Shown here piece by piece: positions 29,530-39,438 of a DNA stretch of 64,000 nt. Location: positions 48,221 to 112,220 of the forward strand of contig CALYAA010000001.1 in NCBI GenBank assembly GCA_944393385.1. Reading direction: 5' to 3'. The DNA is from an uncultured Clostridia bacterium. Lineage in GTDB: Bacteria > Bacillota > Clostridia > TANB77 > CAG-508. The notes under the pieces were generated by a model. The model was not told where the DNA came from. It made no database searches and saw only the letters and a program-made list of their open reading frames with translations. Each line of letters opens with the position of its first letter. Position 1 is the first letter of the stretch. Both the position numbers and the translations under genes were made by a program.

Positions 29530-30820
29530 TATGTATAAAGTAGCAGTAGCAGGAACAGGATATGTTGGACTAGTTGCAGGCGTTTGCTTTGCAGAAAAAG
29601 GACAAAATGTAATATGTGTAGATATTGATGAAAATAAAGTTAATATAATGAAAAGTGGTGTTTCACCAATTTATGAACAAGATTTAGAAGAATTAATGCA
29701 AAAAAATTATAAAGCAGGAAGATTAGATTATACAACAGATTATAAAAAAGCATATAAAGATGCAGATTTTATATTTATAGGGGTAGGAACACCAGAAAGA
29801 AAAGATGGATCAGCAAATTTAGACTATGTATTTAATGTAGCAAAACAAATTGCTGAATCAGTGGAAAAAGATTGTATTATTGTTCTAAAATCTACTGTTC
29901 CAATAGGAACAAATGATGAAATTGAAAAATATATAAAAGAAAATTTAACACATAATGTAAAAATAGAGGTAGCAAGTAATCCAGAATTTTTAGCTCAAGG
30001 AACAGCAGTAAGAGATACATTACATGCTTCAAGAATTGTAATTGGAACAGAAAGTAAATTTGCAGAAGAAAAAATGTTAGATTTATATAAAAATTTTGAA
30101 TTACCAATTGTATCTACTAATAGAAGAAGTGCAGAGATGATAAAATATGCATCAAATGACTTTCTTGCTTTAAAGATTAGTTATATGAATGATATAGCTA
30201 ATCTTTGTGAGGTAGTAGGAGCAAATGTTGAAGATGTTGCAAAAGGTATGAGCTATGATAAGAGAATTGGAGACAAGTTCTTAAGAGCAGGATGTGGCTA
30301 TGGAGGAAGTTGTTTTCCAAAAGATACAAAAGCTTTACACTATCTTGCACAACAAGGTGGATATGAATTAAAAACTGTAAAAGCTGCAATAGAAGTTAAT
30401 AAAAATCAAAAACTTATACTATTAAAAAAAGCAAGAAAGATTTTTAAGAGTTTTAAAAATGTTAATATTGCAGTTCTTGGATTGACATTTAAACCTGGAA
30501 CAGACGATTTAAGAGAAGCTCCATCATTAGATAATATAGCAATATTATTAGAAGAAGGTGCAAATATTAAAGCATATGATCCAGTTGGAGAAGAAAATTA
30601 CAAAAAAATCTATCCAACAGAAATAGAATATGTAAAAACACCTGAAATAGCATTAAAAGATGCAGATGTTTGCTTTATATTTACAGAATGGAACGAAATA
30701 AAAAATGTGAAACCAGATGAATATAAAAAATTAATGAAAAGACCTTTAATATTTGATGGAAGAAACATATATGAATTAGAAGAAATGAAAGATTTAGAAT
30801 ATTATTCAATAGGAAGATAG
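29522..30820 (+). CDS. ugd: UDP-glucose 6-dehydrogenase
   Basis: N-terminal Rossmann VAVAGTGYVGLV, catalytic GGSCFPKD; probable true start MYKVAV at 29531. Confidence 0.88.
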   Translation: MNNMYKVAVAGTGYVGLVAGVCFAEKGQNVICVDIDENKVNIMKSGVSPIYEQDLEELMQKNYKAGRLDYTTDYKKAYKDADFIFIGVGTPERKDGSANLDYVFNVAKQIAESVEKDCIIVLKSTVPIGTNDEIEKYIKENLTHNVKIEVASNPEFLAQGTAVRDTLHASRIVIGTESKFAEEKMLDLYKNFELPIVSTNRRSAEMIKYASNDFLALKISYMNDIANLCEVVGANVEDVAKGMSYDKRIGDKFLRAGCGYGGSCFPKDTKALHYLAQQGGYELKTVKAAIEVNKNQKLILLKKARKIFKSFKNVNIAVLGLTFKPGTDDLREAPSLDNIAILLEEGANIKAYDPVGEENYKKIYPTEIEYVKTPEIALKDADVCFIFTEWNEIKNVKPDEYKKLMKRPLIFDGRNIYELEEMKDLEYYSIGR

Positions 30821-30828
30821 GAGTAAAT

Positions 30829-31764
30829 ATGAATATAGTAGCAGTAGTTGTAACTTACAATAGAAAAGTATTATTAAAAGAATGTATAGATGCAATTTTA
30901 AAGCAAACTAGGCCTATTACAAAGCTTATTATAATAGATAATAACAGTACAGATGGAACATATGAGATGCTAGAAAATGAAAATTATTTAAATAATAGCA
31001 AAGTCTTTTGTAAAAGATTAGAAAAAAATACAGGTGGAGCTGGAGGATTTCATGAAGGAATAAAAGAAGCTATAAAAGATCAGGCTGATTGGGTATGGAT
31101 TATGGATGATGATACAATTCCAAACAGTGACTGTTTGGAAAAAATCCTTTTAGCTAAAGAAAAAACAAACAATAAAAATGTAAGCTTTTTTGCTAGTTCA
31201 ATTTATGGAGTTAATAAAGAATTTATGAATGTTCCTAATGTAGATACTAGTGTTGAAGAAAATGGTTATCAAAATTGGTATGAATTTTTGGCTGATAAAA
31301 TGGTAAAAATAAATACTGCTACATTTGTTTCATTATTAATAAATGGAGATGCAATCAGAAAGTTTGGATTGCCATGTAAGCAATATTTTATTTGGGGCGA
31401 TGACACAGAATATACAATGAGATTAACAAAATATTATGGTCCAGCATATATGGTGGGAGATAGTATAGCAATACATAAAAGAAAACTAACTAAAGCCCTA
31501 AATATAGTAGATGAGGAAGATAAAAACAGAATCAAAATGTATTATTACATGGTTAGAAATAATCTTATTAATACCAAAAATTATAAAGGAACTAAAGCAA
31601 CTATTGCTTTATTAATACAATATATTAAATCAATAATTTTTGTTACCTTTAAAGGTAAACTAAAAATGAAAAAAATTGGTGTTATATTAAAAGGAATATT
31701 TGCTTTTATATTTAAAAGGTATGATGCAAAAGCATTCAAAAACAGATTTTCAATAGAGTTTTAA
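30829..31764 (+). CDS. Glycosyltransferase family 2 (rhamnosyltransferase-like)
   Basis: VAVVVTYNR...IIDNNSTDGT...WIMDDD. Confidence 0.78.
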   Translation: MNIVAVVVTYNRKVLLKECIDAILKQTRPITKLIIIDNNSTDGTYEMLENENYLNNSKVFCKRLEKNTGGAGGFHEGIKEAIKDQADWVWIMDDDTIPNSDCLEKILLAKEKTNNKNVSFFASSIYGVNKEFMNVPNVDTSVEENGYQNWYEFLADKMVKINTATFVSLLINGDAIRKFGLPCKQYFIWGDDTEYTMRLTKYYGPAYMVGDSIAIHKRKLTKALNIVDEEDKNRIKMYYYMVRNNLINTKNYKGTKATIALLIQYIKSIIFVTFKGKLKMKKIGVILKGIFAFIFKRYDAKAFKNRFSIEF

Positions 31765-31774
31765 GGTGTGAAAG

Positions 31775-33220
31775 ATGAAAAATAGTATATTAAAAAATTA
31801 TATATATAATCTAATATATCAGATTGTTGTAATTATATTACCATTAATAACAACTCCTTATTTATCAAGAGTGTTAGGGGCTGAAAATATTGGAATATAT
31901 AGTTATACATTATCTATAGTGACATATTTCATTCTTATTGGTTCATTAGGTGTTGCTATGTATGGGCAAAGAGAAATAGCATATTTGCAAAATGACAAAA
32001 AAGGAAGAAGTAAAAAATTTTGGGAAATTGTAATTTTTAGAATGATTACATTAATGATTTCTATGGTTATTTTTTACTTCACATATGCTGCTAGTGGTGA
32101 ATATAAGGTATATTATCAAATATTCTTATTAGAAATATTTGCAAATATTTTTGATATAAGTTGGTTTTTTCAAGGAATGGAAGACTTTAAAAAAACTGTA
32201 GGTAGAAATTTAATTATTAGAATTTTAAGTGTAATATTAATTTTTATTTTAGTTAAAGATCAAGATGATTTAGCAAAGTATATAATTATTTATGTTTTAA
32301 CAACTTTTATAGGAAATATTTCACTTTGGTTTTATTTACCAAAATATATACAAAAGGTATCATTAAAACATCTAAATATAATACAACATATAAAACCTAC
32401 TATTTCCTTATTTATTCCACAAGTTGCAACACAAATTTATACTGTTTTAGATAAAACTATGATAGGAAGTATTTTGGGTGATATGTCTGAAGTAGGATAT
32501 TATGAACAAGGACAAAAAATAACTAAATTAACTTTAGCAATTATAACAGCTTTAGGAACTGTTGTTGCACCTAGAATAGCAAATACATTCAAGGATGGAA
32601 ATAAAGAAGAAATAAATCAGTATTTAAATCGTTCTTTTAAATTTGTTTGGCTATTAGCATGCCCAATGATTGCAGGTTTAATTGTAGTTTCCTCAAATTT
32701 CGTTCCAATATTTTATGGGGATGGATATGATAAAGTAGCTACAATATTATGTGTTATAAGTCCTTTAATATTGGCAATAGGATTAAACAATGTAACTGGT
32801 GTACAATATTTGATTCAAGTAAAAAAACAAAGAATATATACAATAACAGTAGTTATTGGAGCTATAGTAAATATAGTATTAAATTTTATTCTTATAAATA
32901 TATTTAAATCTGTTGGAGCAGCAATTGCATCAGTATTAGCTGAGACTGCAATTTTAATTGCACAATTAATTTTTGTAAGAAAAGATATTAATATTAAAAA
33001 TGTATATAAGGGAGCTTGGAAATATATTCTTAGTAGTATAATTATGTTTATATTTACAATATTATTAAAAGATATAACAAATAATCAATTCTATAATTTA
33101 ATAATACAAATTGTAACAGGTTCATGTATTTATTTTGTAATACTTTTCATTTTGAAAGATGAATTTTTAAAAGATGTTATACAAAGAGTACTTAATAAGT
33201 TTAAACCAAAAAGAGCGTAG
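31775..33220 (+). CDS. Wzx-type oligosaccharide flippase (MOP superfamily)
   Basis: 481 aa, about 12-14 TM helices, LSRVLGAENIGIYSY N-terminal motif. Confidence 0.8.
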   Translation: MKNSILKNYIYNLIYQIVVIILPLITTPYLSRVLGAENIGIYSYTLSIVTYFILIGSLGVAMYGQREIAYLQNDKKGRSKKFWEIVIFRMITLMISMVIFYFTYAASGEYKVYYQIFLLEIFANIFDISWFFQGMEDFKKTVGRNLIIRILSVILIFILVKDQDDLAKYIIIYVLTTFIGNISLWFYLPKYIQKVSLKHLNIIQHIKPTISLFIPQVATQIYTVLDKTMIGSILGDMSEVGYYEQGQKITKLTLAIITALGTVVAPRIANTFKDGNKEEINQYLNRSFKFVWLLACPMIAGLIVVSSNFVPIFYGDGYDKVATILCVISPLILAIGLNNVTGVQYLIQVKKQRIYTITVVIGAIVNIVLNFILINIFKSVGAAIASVLAETAILIAQLIFVRKDINIKNVYKGAWKYILSSIIMFIFTILLKDITNNQFYNLIIQIVTGSCIYFVILFILKDEFLKDVIQRVLNKFKPKRA

Positions 33221-33229
33221 GTGATTTGA

Positions 33230-35230
33230 TTGAAAAAATTTATAAAAAAGATGCTAAAAAAAATAATTAAAGAAAATTTTTTGGTGAAACATATTGAATT
33301 GATAAAAATTAATTATAATAAACATAAACGTGTAACCAATTCAAAAAACGAAAATATTAAATATTTTATTAAAGAATGTTTAAAAATGAAATCATATCCT
33401 AGCAAAAAAACATATAAACTAATCAAAAGTATAGATGTGGAAATTGATTCAGAGAATCATTTTATCTACTTTATTGATACAATGAAGCAAATTAGAAAAA
33501 TTGACAGAATTATTGGAAATATTACAATAGATTATAATAGACTATTAACCAATAGCTTAAAAGATTTAGAAAATACCAATAACCAAAAAATTATTGAAGC
33601 AATAAAATATTTAGTTGGTAAAACAGAAAAAGAAATAGATAAAACCAAAAATAAATATGCTGAGCAAATTAAACAAAATTTAGAAGAAATAAAAACAACA
33701 AAATCTACTACATTTTATTCTGCACTACAACGTATTTTATTTTATAATCAATTATTATGGCAAACTGGTCATAGACTAAATGGATTAGGCAGATTAGATA
33801 AAATTTTGGAACCTTTTTATGAAGAAGATTTAAAAAATGGAAAAATAACAAAAGAAACAGCAAAAGAGCTGATAAAAGATTTCTGTGCAATATTACACAA
33901 ATATTATTGGTTTAAAAGTAATGTATTGATGGGAGATACTGGACAAATAATTATATTAGGCGGAAAAGAGGAAAATAATTTATATTTTTGTAATGATTTA
34001 ACATATCTTTTTATAGAAGTTATGAAAGAATTGCAAATTCCAGACCCAAAAGTATTATTACGAGTGAGTAATAATATGCCAAAAGATTTGATGGAACTTT
34101 CAATAAAATGTGTTCAAACAGGAATAGGTTGTCCATTATTTTCAAATGATGATGTAGTAATACCTAAATTAATTGAATTCGGATATCCTGAAGAAAGTGT
34201 CTATGATTATGTAACTGCTGCTTGTTGGGAACCAATTATGCCAGAAAAAACATTAGATCAAACCAACATAACTACAATAAATTTTCTAAATCCTTTTCAT
34301 GAAATGCTGGAAAAAGAAGAATTAAATAAAATAAAAACTACAGAAGAAATTTTGGAAATATATACTAAATATTTGAAAAATTATTGTGATGACATTGTTA
34401 AAGTTTTAGATAAAGTAAAATGGCAATATGACCCACTATTATCTTTTATGACAGAAGGATGTGAAAAAGAAGATATTTCATGTGGTACTGCAAAATATAA
34501 TCATTATGGAGTTAATTCAGTAGGGCTTGCTAGTACTGTAAATTCTATTTTAAACATTGAGAGTTTAGTTTTTAATAAAAAAGAATTTACTTTGGAAGAG
34601 CTAAATAATGCTAGAAAAAATAATTATTATGATAAAGACATTAATTTTGTTAAAATGTTAAAGAACCAAGATAAAAAATATGGAAAAGACGATGAACAAG
34701 TAATTGAACTTACTAATTATATTACAAATGTTGCTAATGAACAATTTTCTAAATATAAAAATAAGTTTGGAGGAAAAATAAAATTTGGATTAAGTTCACC
34801 TGGTTATATATCAGAGGCAGAGAAAACTGATGCATCACTAGATGGAAGAAAAGCCAAGGAACCTTTTGCTGTTCATATTTCATCTGATGATAGTCAAGCT
34901 TATACAGAGTTAGTTCAATTTGCAAGTAAATTAGATTATACGGGGAATCGTTTTAATGGAAATGTTGTTGATTTTATGGTTTCACCAGATTTTATAGAAA
35001 ACAATTTTAGAAAATTTGTAGATTTTATGATGGCAAGTATCAAAGTCGGATTTTTTCAAATGCAGATGAATGTTGTAAGTAGTAAAATGCTGATAGAAGC
35101 AAGAAAGAATCCAGATAAATTTCCAAATTTGATTGTTAGAGTATGGGGATTCAGTGCTTATTTTAATGATTTACCGGAAGAATATAAAGATGTATTAATT
35201 GAAAGGGCATTGAAAAATGAAGGAAAATGA
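33230..35230 (+). CDS. Glycyl radical enzyme, Cys-X-Glu (eliminase/dehydratase-like) class, unusually short (666 aa)
   Basis: C-terminal glycyl-radical fingerprint IVRVWGFSAYF (Gly codon 35147-35149); putative thiyl loop TAACWEP (Cys 34223-34225); TTG start with AGGTGA RBS. Confidence 0.75.
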   Translation: MKKFIKKMLKKIIKENFLVKHIELIKINYNKHKRVTNSKNENIKYFIKECLKMKSYPSKKTYKLIKSIDVEIDSENHFIYFIDTMKQIRKIDRIIGNITIDYNRLLTNSLKDLENTNNQKIIEAIKYLVGKTEKEIDKTKNKYAEQIKQNLEEIKTTKSTTFYSALQRILFYNQLLWQTGHRLNGLGRLDKILEPFYEEDLKNGKITKETAKELIKDFCAILHKYYWFKSNVLMGDTGQIIILGGKEENNLYFCNDLTYLFIEVMKELQIPDPKVLLRVSNNMPKDLMELSIKCVQTGIGCPLFSNDDVVIPKLIEFGYPEESVYDYVTAACWEPIMPEKTLDQTNITTINFLNPFHEMLEKEELNKIKTTEEILEIYTKYLKNYCDDIVKVLDKVKWQYDPLLSFMTEGCEKEDISCGTAKYNHYGVNSVGLASTVNSILNIESLVFNKKEFTLEELNNARKNNYYDKDINFVKMLKNQDKKYGKDDEQVIELTNYITNVANEQFSKYKNKFGGKIKFGLSSPGYISEAEKTDASLDGRKAKEPFAVHISSDDSQAYTELVQFASKLDYTGNRFNGNVVDFMVSPDFIENNFRKFVDFMMASIKVGFFQMQMNVVSSKMLIEARKNPDKFPNLIVRVWGFSAYFNDLPEEYKDVLIERALKNEGK

Positions 35231-36386
35231 GAAAGGTAGAATTCTTTTATATGATACTTTGAAATTATTAGCAATTCTTTTAGTAATTATAGGACATACA
35301 ACATATATAAACATAAAAGTAAAATATGGATTTGGAGCTTATTTTGAACCAGAATATTATTCGGATTTTTATAAAATGATGCTAAAAATTGTCCAATTTA
35401 TTTATCAATTCCATATGCCATTATTTATATTTATCTCAGGAGCTTTATTTTATAAGGAAATTAATAAAGAAAATTTTTCATTTGAAAACCTTCTAAATAA
35501 AAAAATTAAATCTTTATTAATACCTTATTTGGCATATGGAATTTTATATACAATTATGGTAAAATTAATAGCAGGATATTATAGTTTTGATAATTTGCCA
35601 TACGTAGTTATATATGAAGTTTTATTGGGACAAAATACTACACAACATATTTGGTTTTTGCCTACTCTATTTTTCATTACAATAATGTTTTATGTAGTAT
35701 ATATTACATTAAAAAAGGATAAAAAGTTACTTACAATATTCTTTATAATAATGTCATTATTTATGTTGCAAATAAATGTAACTTTTCCAGGAGTGAAATA
35801 TTTCACTAAATTATTTCTATTTTTTGGTTTAGGTTGCTTTTTTGAAGATATAAGAGTTAAATTTGAAAAGTTTAGCTACAAAAGAGAAATTGTACTTTTT
35901 ATAATATGTTCTGCTTTATCTTTGATATTATATAAAATACTAATAAATATAAAAAGTATATTTGTTAAGGACATAATAGACATATTATTTATTATAATAG
36001 CAATTTTTGTATGTATAATTATTTCTATTATGATTACCAAAATAAAAAGAATTAGAAATTGTAATTTATACAAAAAGATTCTAGATTATTCATTTGAGAT
36101 TTATGTTTTAGGAGATCCTATAAATTATATTATTTTACAATTGATTACAATTTTTAATTTGGGATATTTATACCAAACAAATATTGGAAGTTTTGTAATT
36201 ATTGCTATAAGAAGTATAGGTGTACTAATTATATCAATTCTTATAGCACAAGTAATTAGAAAACTAAAAAAATATGAAAAGTTTAATAAGATTGTAAAAA
36301 TAGCATTATTTTTTATAATAGTAATTTCAATAATAATTGTAATTTGTAATTCATTATTAGGAATTATACCAATTACATATAAATAA
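35217..36386 (+). CDS. Acyltransferase family 3 membrane O-acyltransferase
   Basis: LKLLAILLVIIGHTTY motif, about 10 TM helices; overlaps the GRE stop by 14 nt. Confidence 0.75.
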   Translation: MKENEKGRILLYDTLKLLAILLVIIGHTTYINIKVKYGFGAYFEPEYYSDFYKMMLKIVQFIYQFHMPLFIFISGALFYKEINKENFSFENLLNKKIKSLLIPYLAYGILYTIMVKLIAGYYSFDNLPYVVIYEVLLGQNTTQHIWFLPTLFFITIMFYVVYITLKKDKKLLTIFFIIMSLFMLQINVTFPGVKYFTKLFLFFGLGCFFEDIRVKFEKFSYKREIVLFIICSALSLILYKILINIKSIFVKDIIDILFIIIAIFVCIIISIMITKIKRIRNCNLYKKILDYSFEIYVLGDPINYIILQLITIFNLGYLYQTNIGSFVIIAIRSIGVLIISILIAQVIRKLKKYEKFNKIVKIALFFIIVISIIIVICNSLLGIIPITYK

Positions 36387-36399
36387 ATAGGAGAAAAAA

Positions 36400-37158
36400 A
36401 TGTTAATAACTAATATACAACGATTTTCTTTACATGATGGACCGGGGATTAGAACTACAGTATTTCTTAAAGGTTGTAATTTGAGATGCCCATGGTGTGC
36501 TAATCCAGAAAACCTATCATTTCAAAAGGAAGAATATGTTAAAGATGGTATTAAAGGCATTTATGGTTACGAAATAAGTGGAGAAGAACTAGAAAAGGAA
36601 ATTCTAAAAGATAAAATTTATTATGAAGATGGTGGAGGAGTTACTTTTTCTGGAGGAGAAGCATTGCTAGCATTCAAAGAATTGGAACCATTGCTAAAAA
36701 AATTAAAGGAAGATAAAATTAACATATGTGTGGAAACAGCTTTAATGGTAAAAAATGAATTATTAGAAATAGCATTAAATTATGTAGATTTATTTATTAT
36801 TGATATTAAAATATTAGATGACTCATATAGCAAAGAAATAATTGGAGGAAAAGTTCAACTATATAAAGATAATATTGACAGAGTATTTAAAGCAAATAAG
36901 AAATTTATATTTCGAATACCACTAATTAAACCATATACTTGTAATGAAGCAAATTTAAATGAAATATATTCTTTAATACAACAATATCCACCAGAAAAAT
37001 TAGAAATTTTTAAGGTTCATAGATTAGCTGAAAATAAATATAAATCTTTAAATAAGAAAATGATTGAAATACAAGAAGAAGTTACAGAACAAGATATGAA
37101 GAAAATAAAAAAGGATATTGAGAAATTTGCTATTAATGTTGATATTTGTAAATTATAG
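36400..37158 (+). CDS. Glycyl-radical enzyme activating enzyme (radical SAM)
   Basis: QRFSLHDGPGIRTTVFLKGCNLRCPWCANPE, a canonical GRE-activase N-terminus with CX3CX2C. Confidence 0.85.
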   Translation: MLITNIQRFSLHDGPGIRTTVFLKGCNLRCPWCANPENLSFQKEEYVKDGIKGIYGYEISGEELEKEILKDKIYYEDGGGVTFSGGEALLAFKELEPLLKKLKEDKINICVETALMVKNELLEIALNYVDLFIIDIKILDDSYSKEIIGGKVQLYKDNIDRVFKANKKFIFRIPLIKPYTCNEANLNEIYSLIQQYPPEKLEIFKVHRLAENKYKSLNKKMIEIQEEVTEQDMKKIKKDIEKFAINVDICKL

Positions 37159-37169
37159 AAAGGAAAAGA

Positions 37170-38306
37170 TTGATAATGGAAAAATATGATTATTTAATTG
37201 CAGGCTCTGGTCTATTTGGAGCAATATTTGCATATGAAGCAAATAAAAAAGGAAAAAAATGCTTGGTAATAGACAAGCGTTCACATATTGGAGGAAACAT
37301 TTATACAGAAAATATAGATGGAATAAATGTACACAAATATGGAGCACACATATTTCATACAAGCAATAAAGAAGTATGGGAATATATTAATCAATTTGCA
37401 GAATTTAATAGATATACAAATTCACCAGTAGCAAGATATAAAGACGAATTATATAATATGCCATTTAACATGAATACATTTAATAAGTTATGGGGAGTAA
37501 TTACACCTGCAGAAGCAAAAGCTAAAATAGAAGAAGAAAAGAAAGAAGCAGGAATAACAGAACCAAAAAATTTAGAAGAACAAGCTATAAGTTTAGTTGG
37601 AAAAACAATATATGAAAAATTAGTAAAAGGCTATACAGAAAAGCAATGGGGGCAAAGGGCAACAGAACTTCCAAGCTTTATAATAAAAAGACTACCAGTA
37701 AGATTTATTTATGATAATAATTATTTTAATGATATTTATCAAGGAATACCAATTGGAGGATATACACCAATTATAGAAAAAATGCTAGATGGTATAGAAG
37801 TAAAATTAAATTGTGATTTCTTTGAAAATAAAGAAGAGCTAGAAAATATTGCAGAAAAAATTGTATTTACAGGACAAATTGATAAATATTATGATTATAA
37901 ATTTGGAGAACTAGAATATAGAAGCTTAAGATTTGAAACCGAAACTCTAAACGAAGAAAATCACCAAGGAAATGCAGTTGTAAATTATACAGAATATGAA
38001 GTACCTTATACAAGAATTATAGAACATAAACATTTTGAATATGGAGCAAGTCTTGGAAAATTAGCAGAAGGACAAGCAGCAACTAAAACAATTATTACAA
38101 AAGAATATCCAGATAAATGGAGCAAAGAAAAAGAACCATATTATCCAATTAACAATGATAGAAACAATGCATTATATGAAAAATATAAAGAATTAGCAGA
38201 TAATGACAATAAAGTAATATTTGGTGGAAGATTAGGACAATATAAATATTATGATATGGATAAAGTTATTGCAGAAGCATTAAAACTTTCAAAAAATGAG
38301 TTATAA
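37170..38306 (+). CDS. glf: UDP-galactopyranose mutase
   Basis: YDYLIAGSGLFGAIFA FAD motif, HKYGAHIFHT, C-terminal GRLGQYKYYDMD. Confidence 0.9.
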   Translation: MIMEKYDYLIAGSGLFGAIFAYEANKKGKKCLVIDKRSHIGGNIYTENIDGINVHKYGAHIFHTSNKEVWEYINQFAEFNRYTNSPVARYKDELYNMPFNMNTFNKLWGVITPAEAKAKIEEEKKEAGITEPKNLEEQAISLVGKTIYEKLVKGYTEKQWGQRATELPSFIIKRLPVRFIYDNNYFNDIYQGIPIGGYTPIIEKMLDGIEVKLNCDFFENKEELENIAEKIVFTGQIDKYYDYKFGELEYRSLRFETETLNEENHQGNAVVNYTEYEVPYTRIIEHKHFEYGASLGKLAEGQAATKTIITKEYPDKWSKEKEPYYPINNDRNNALYEKYKELADNDNKVIFGGRLGQYKYYDMDKVIAEALKLSKNEL

Positions 38307-38320
38307 GAAAGAGGTATATT

Positions 38321-39373
38321 ATGGGAAAACATAACGAAGAAAAGAAAAAAAGCAAAGGACTAAAAATATTTTTAAGAGTATTATTAATATTATTAATCAT
38401 AATAGTAATAATAGCAGGAATAGCAGTTGGGTATGTAACAAACAAACTTGGAAAAATAACAGTAGAAGAAATAGATGAAACAGCCATAGGAATTGATGAA
38501 GAAACCCAAGAAAGGCTTTCTGGATACAGAAACATAGCATTACTAGGAATAGACAGCAGAGAAGATGACTACGGAGTTGGAAATAGAAGTGACTGTATAA
38601 TAATAGCAAGTTTAGATGAAAAAACAAAACAAATAAAACTAATTTCAGTATATAGAGACACATATATGCAAATTGAAGAAAAAGGAAAACAAGTTCTAGA
38701 TAAAGTAACACATGCTTATGCATATGGAGGAGCTCAAAATACATTAAAAGCTTTAAATACAAATTTAGACTTAAATATTACAGAATATGTTACAGTTAAC
38801 TTTGATGCAGTTATATCAGCAGTTGATGCAATGGGTGGAGTAACAATAAATATAGATAGTTCGGAAATAGAATATATAAATGATTATATTAAATCTACAT
38901 CACAAAGCTCAGGAATAAGTTCAAATGCTATAACAAAGGCAGGTTCACAAACATTAGATGGTGTACAAGCAGTTGCATACTCAAGAATAAGATATACATC
39001 TGGTGGAGACTATAAGAGAACTGAAAGAATGAGAACTGTAATAGAAGCTATGCTAAATAAAGCAAAAACCTTAAGTATTAGTCAATTAAATAAACTAATT
39101 GATACAGTATTACCTAGAGTAAGTACAAATATATCTGGTGCAGAAATATTAGGATTAGTACCAAGTATTACTTCATATTCAATATCAGATAGTATAGGAT
39201 GGCCATATAAAACAGAAGGTATAACATTAGATAGATGGTATGGAGTTCCAGTAACACTTGAAAGTAATGTTTTACAATTGCATCAAGAAGTATTTGGACA
39301 AACAGATTATGTTGTAAATGATACTATTAAAAATATAAGTCAACAAATAATAAATAAAACAGGAAAGAAATAA
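38321..39373 (+). CDS. LytR-CpsA-Psr (LCP) family glycopolymer-to-peptidoglycan ligase
   Basis: N-terminal TM helix, then LLGIDSRED...SDCIIIASLD...ISVYRDTY. Confidence 0.85.
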   Translation: MGKHNEEKKKSKGLKIFLRVLLILLIIIVIIAGIAVGYVTNKLGKITVEEIDETAIGIDEETQERLSGYRNIALLGIDSREDDYGVGNRSDCIIIASLDEKTKQIKLISVYRDTYMQIEEKGKQVLDKVTHAYAYGGAQNTLKALNTNLDLNITEYVTVNFDAVISAVDAMGGVTINIDSSEIEYINDYIKSTSQSSGISSNAITKAGSQTLDGVQAVAYSRIRYTSGGDYKRTERMRTVIEAMLNKAKTLSISQLNKLIDTVLPRVSTNISGAEILGLVPSITSYSISDSIGWPYKTEGITLDRWYGVPVTLESNVLQLHQEVFGQTDYVVNDTIKNISQQIINKTGKK

Positions 39374-39381
39374 TAATTAAA

Positions 39382-39410
39382 GGCGGAAAATTTTTCCGCC
39401 TAAGTTTTTA
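39382..39410. terminator. Terminator closing the polysaccharide cluster (bidirectional)
   Basis: AGGCGGAAAATTTTTCCGCCT followed by AAGTTTTTA. Confidence 0.8.
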
Positions 39411-39438
39411 TAAAAAGACTAAAAAACAGTAAAAAAAT

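Noticed and set aside
33230-35230. Considered calling the GRE a pyruvate formate-lyase (pflB)
   Set aside because: The active-site loop is C-W-E rather than PFL's adjacent Cys-Cys, and the protein is much shorter. It is therefore labelled a generic CxE-class GRE of unknown substrate.
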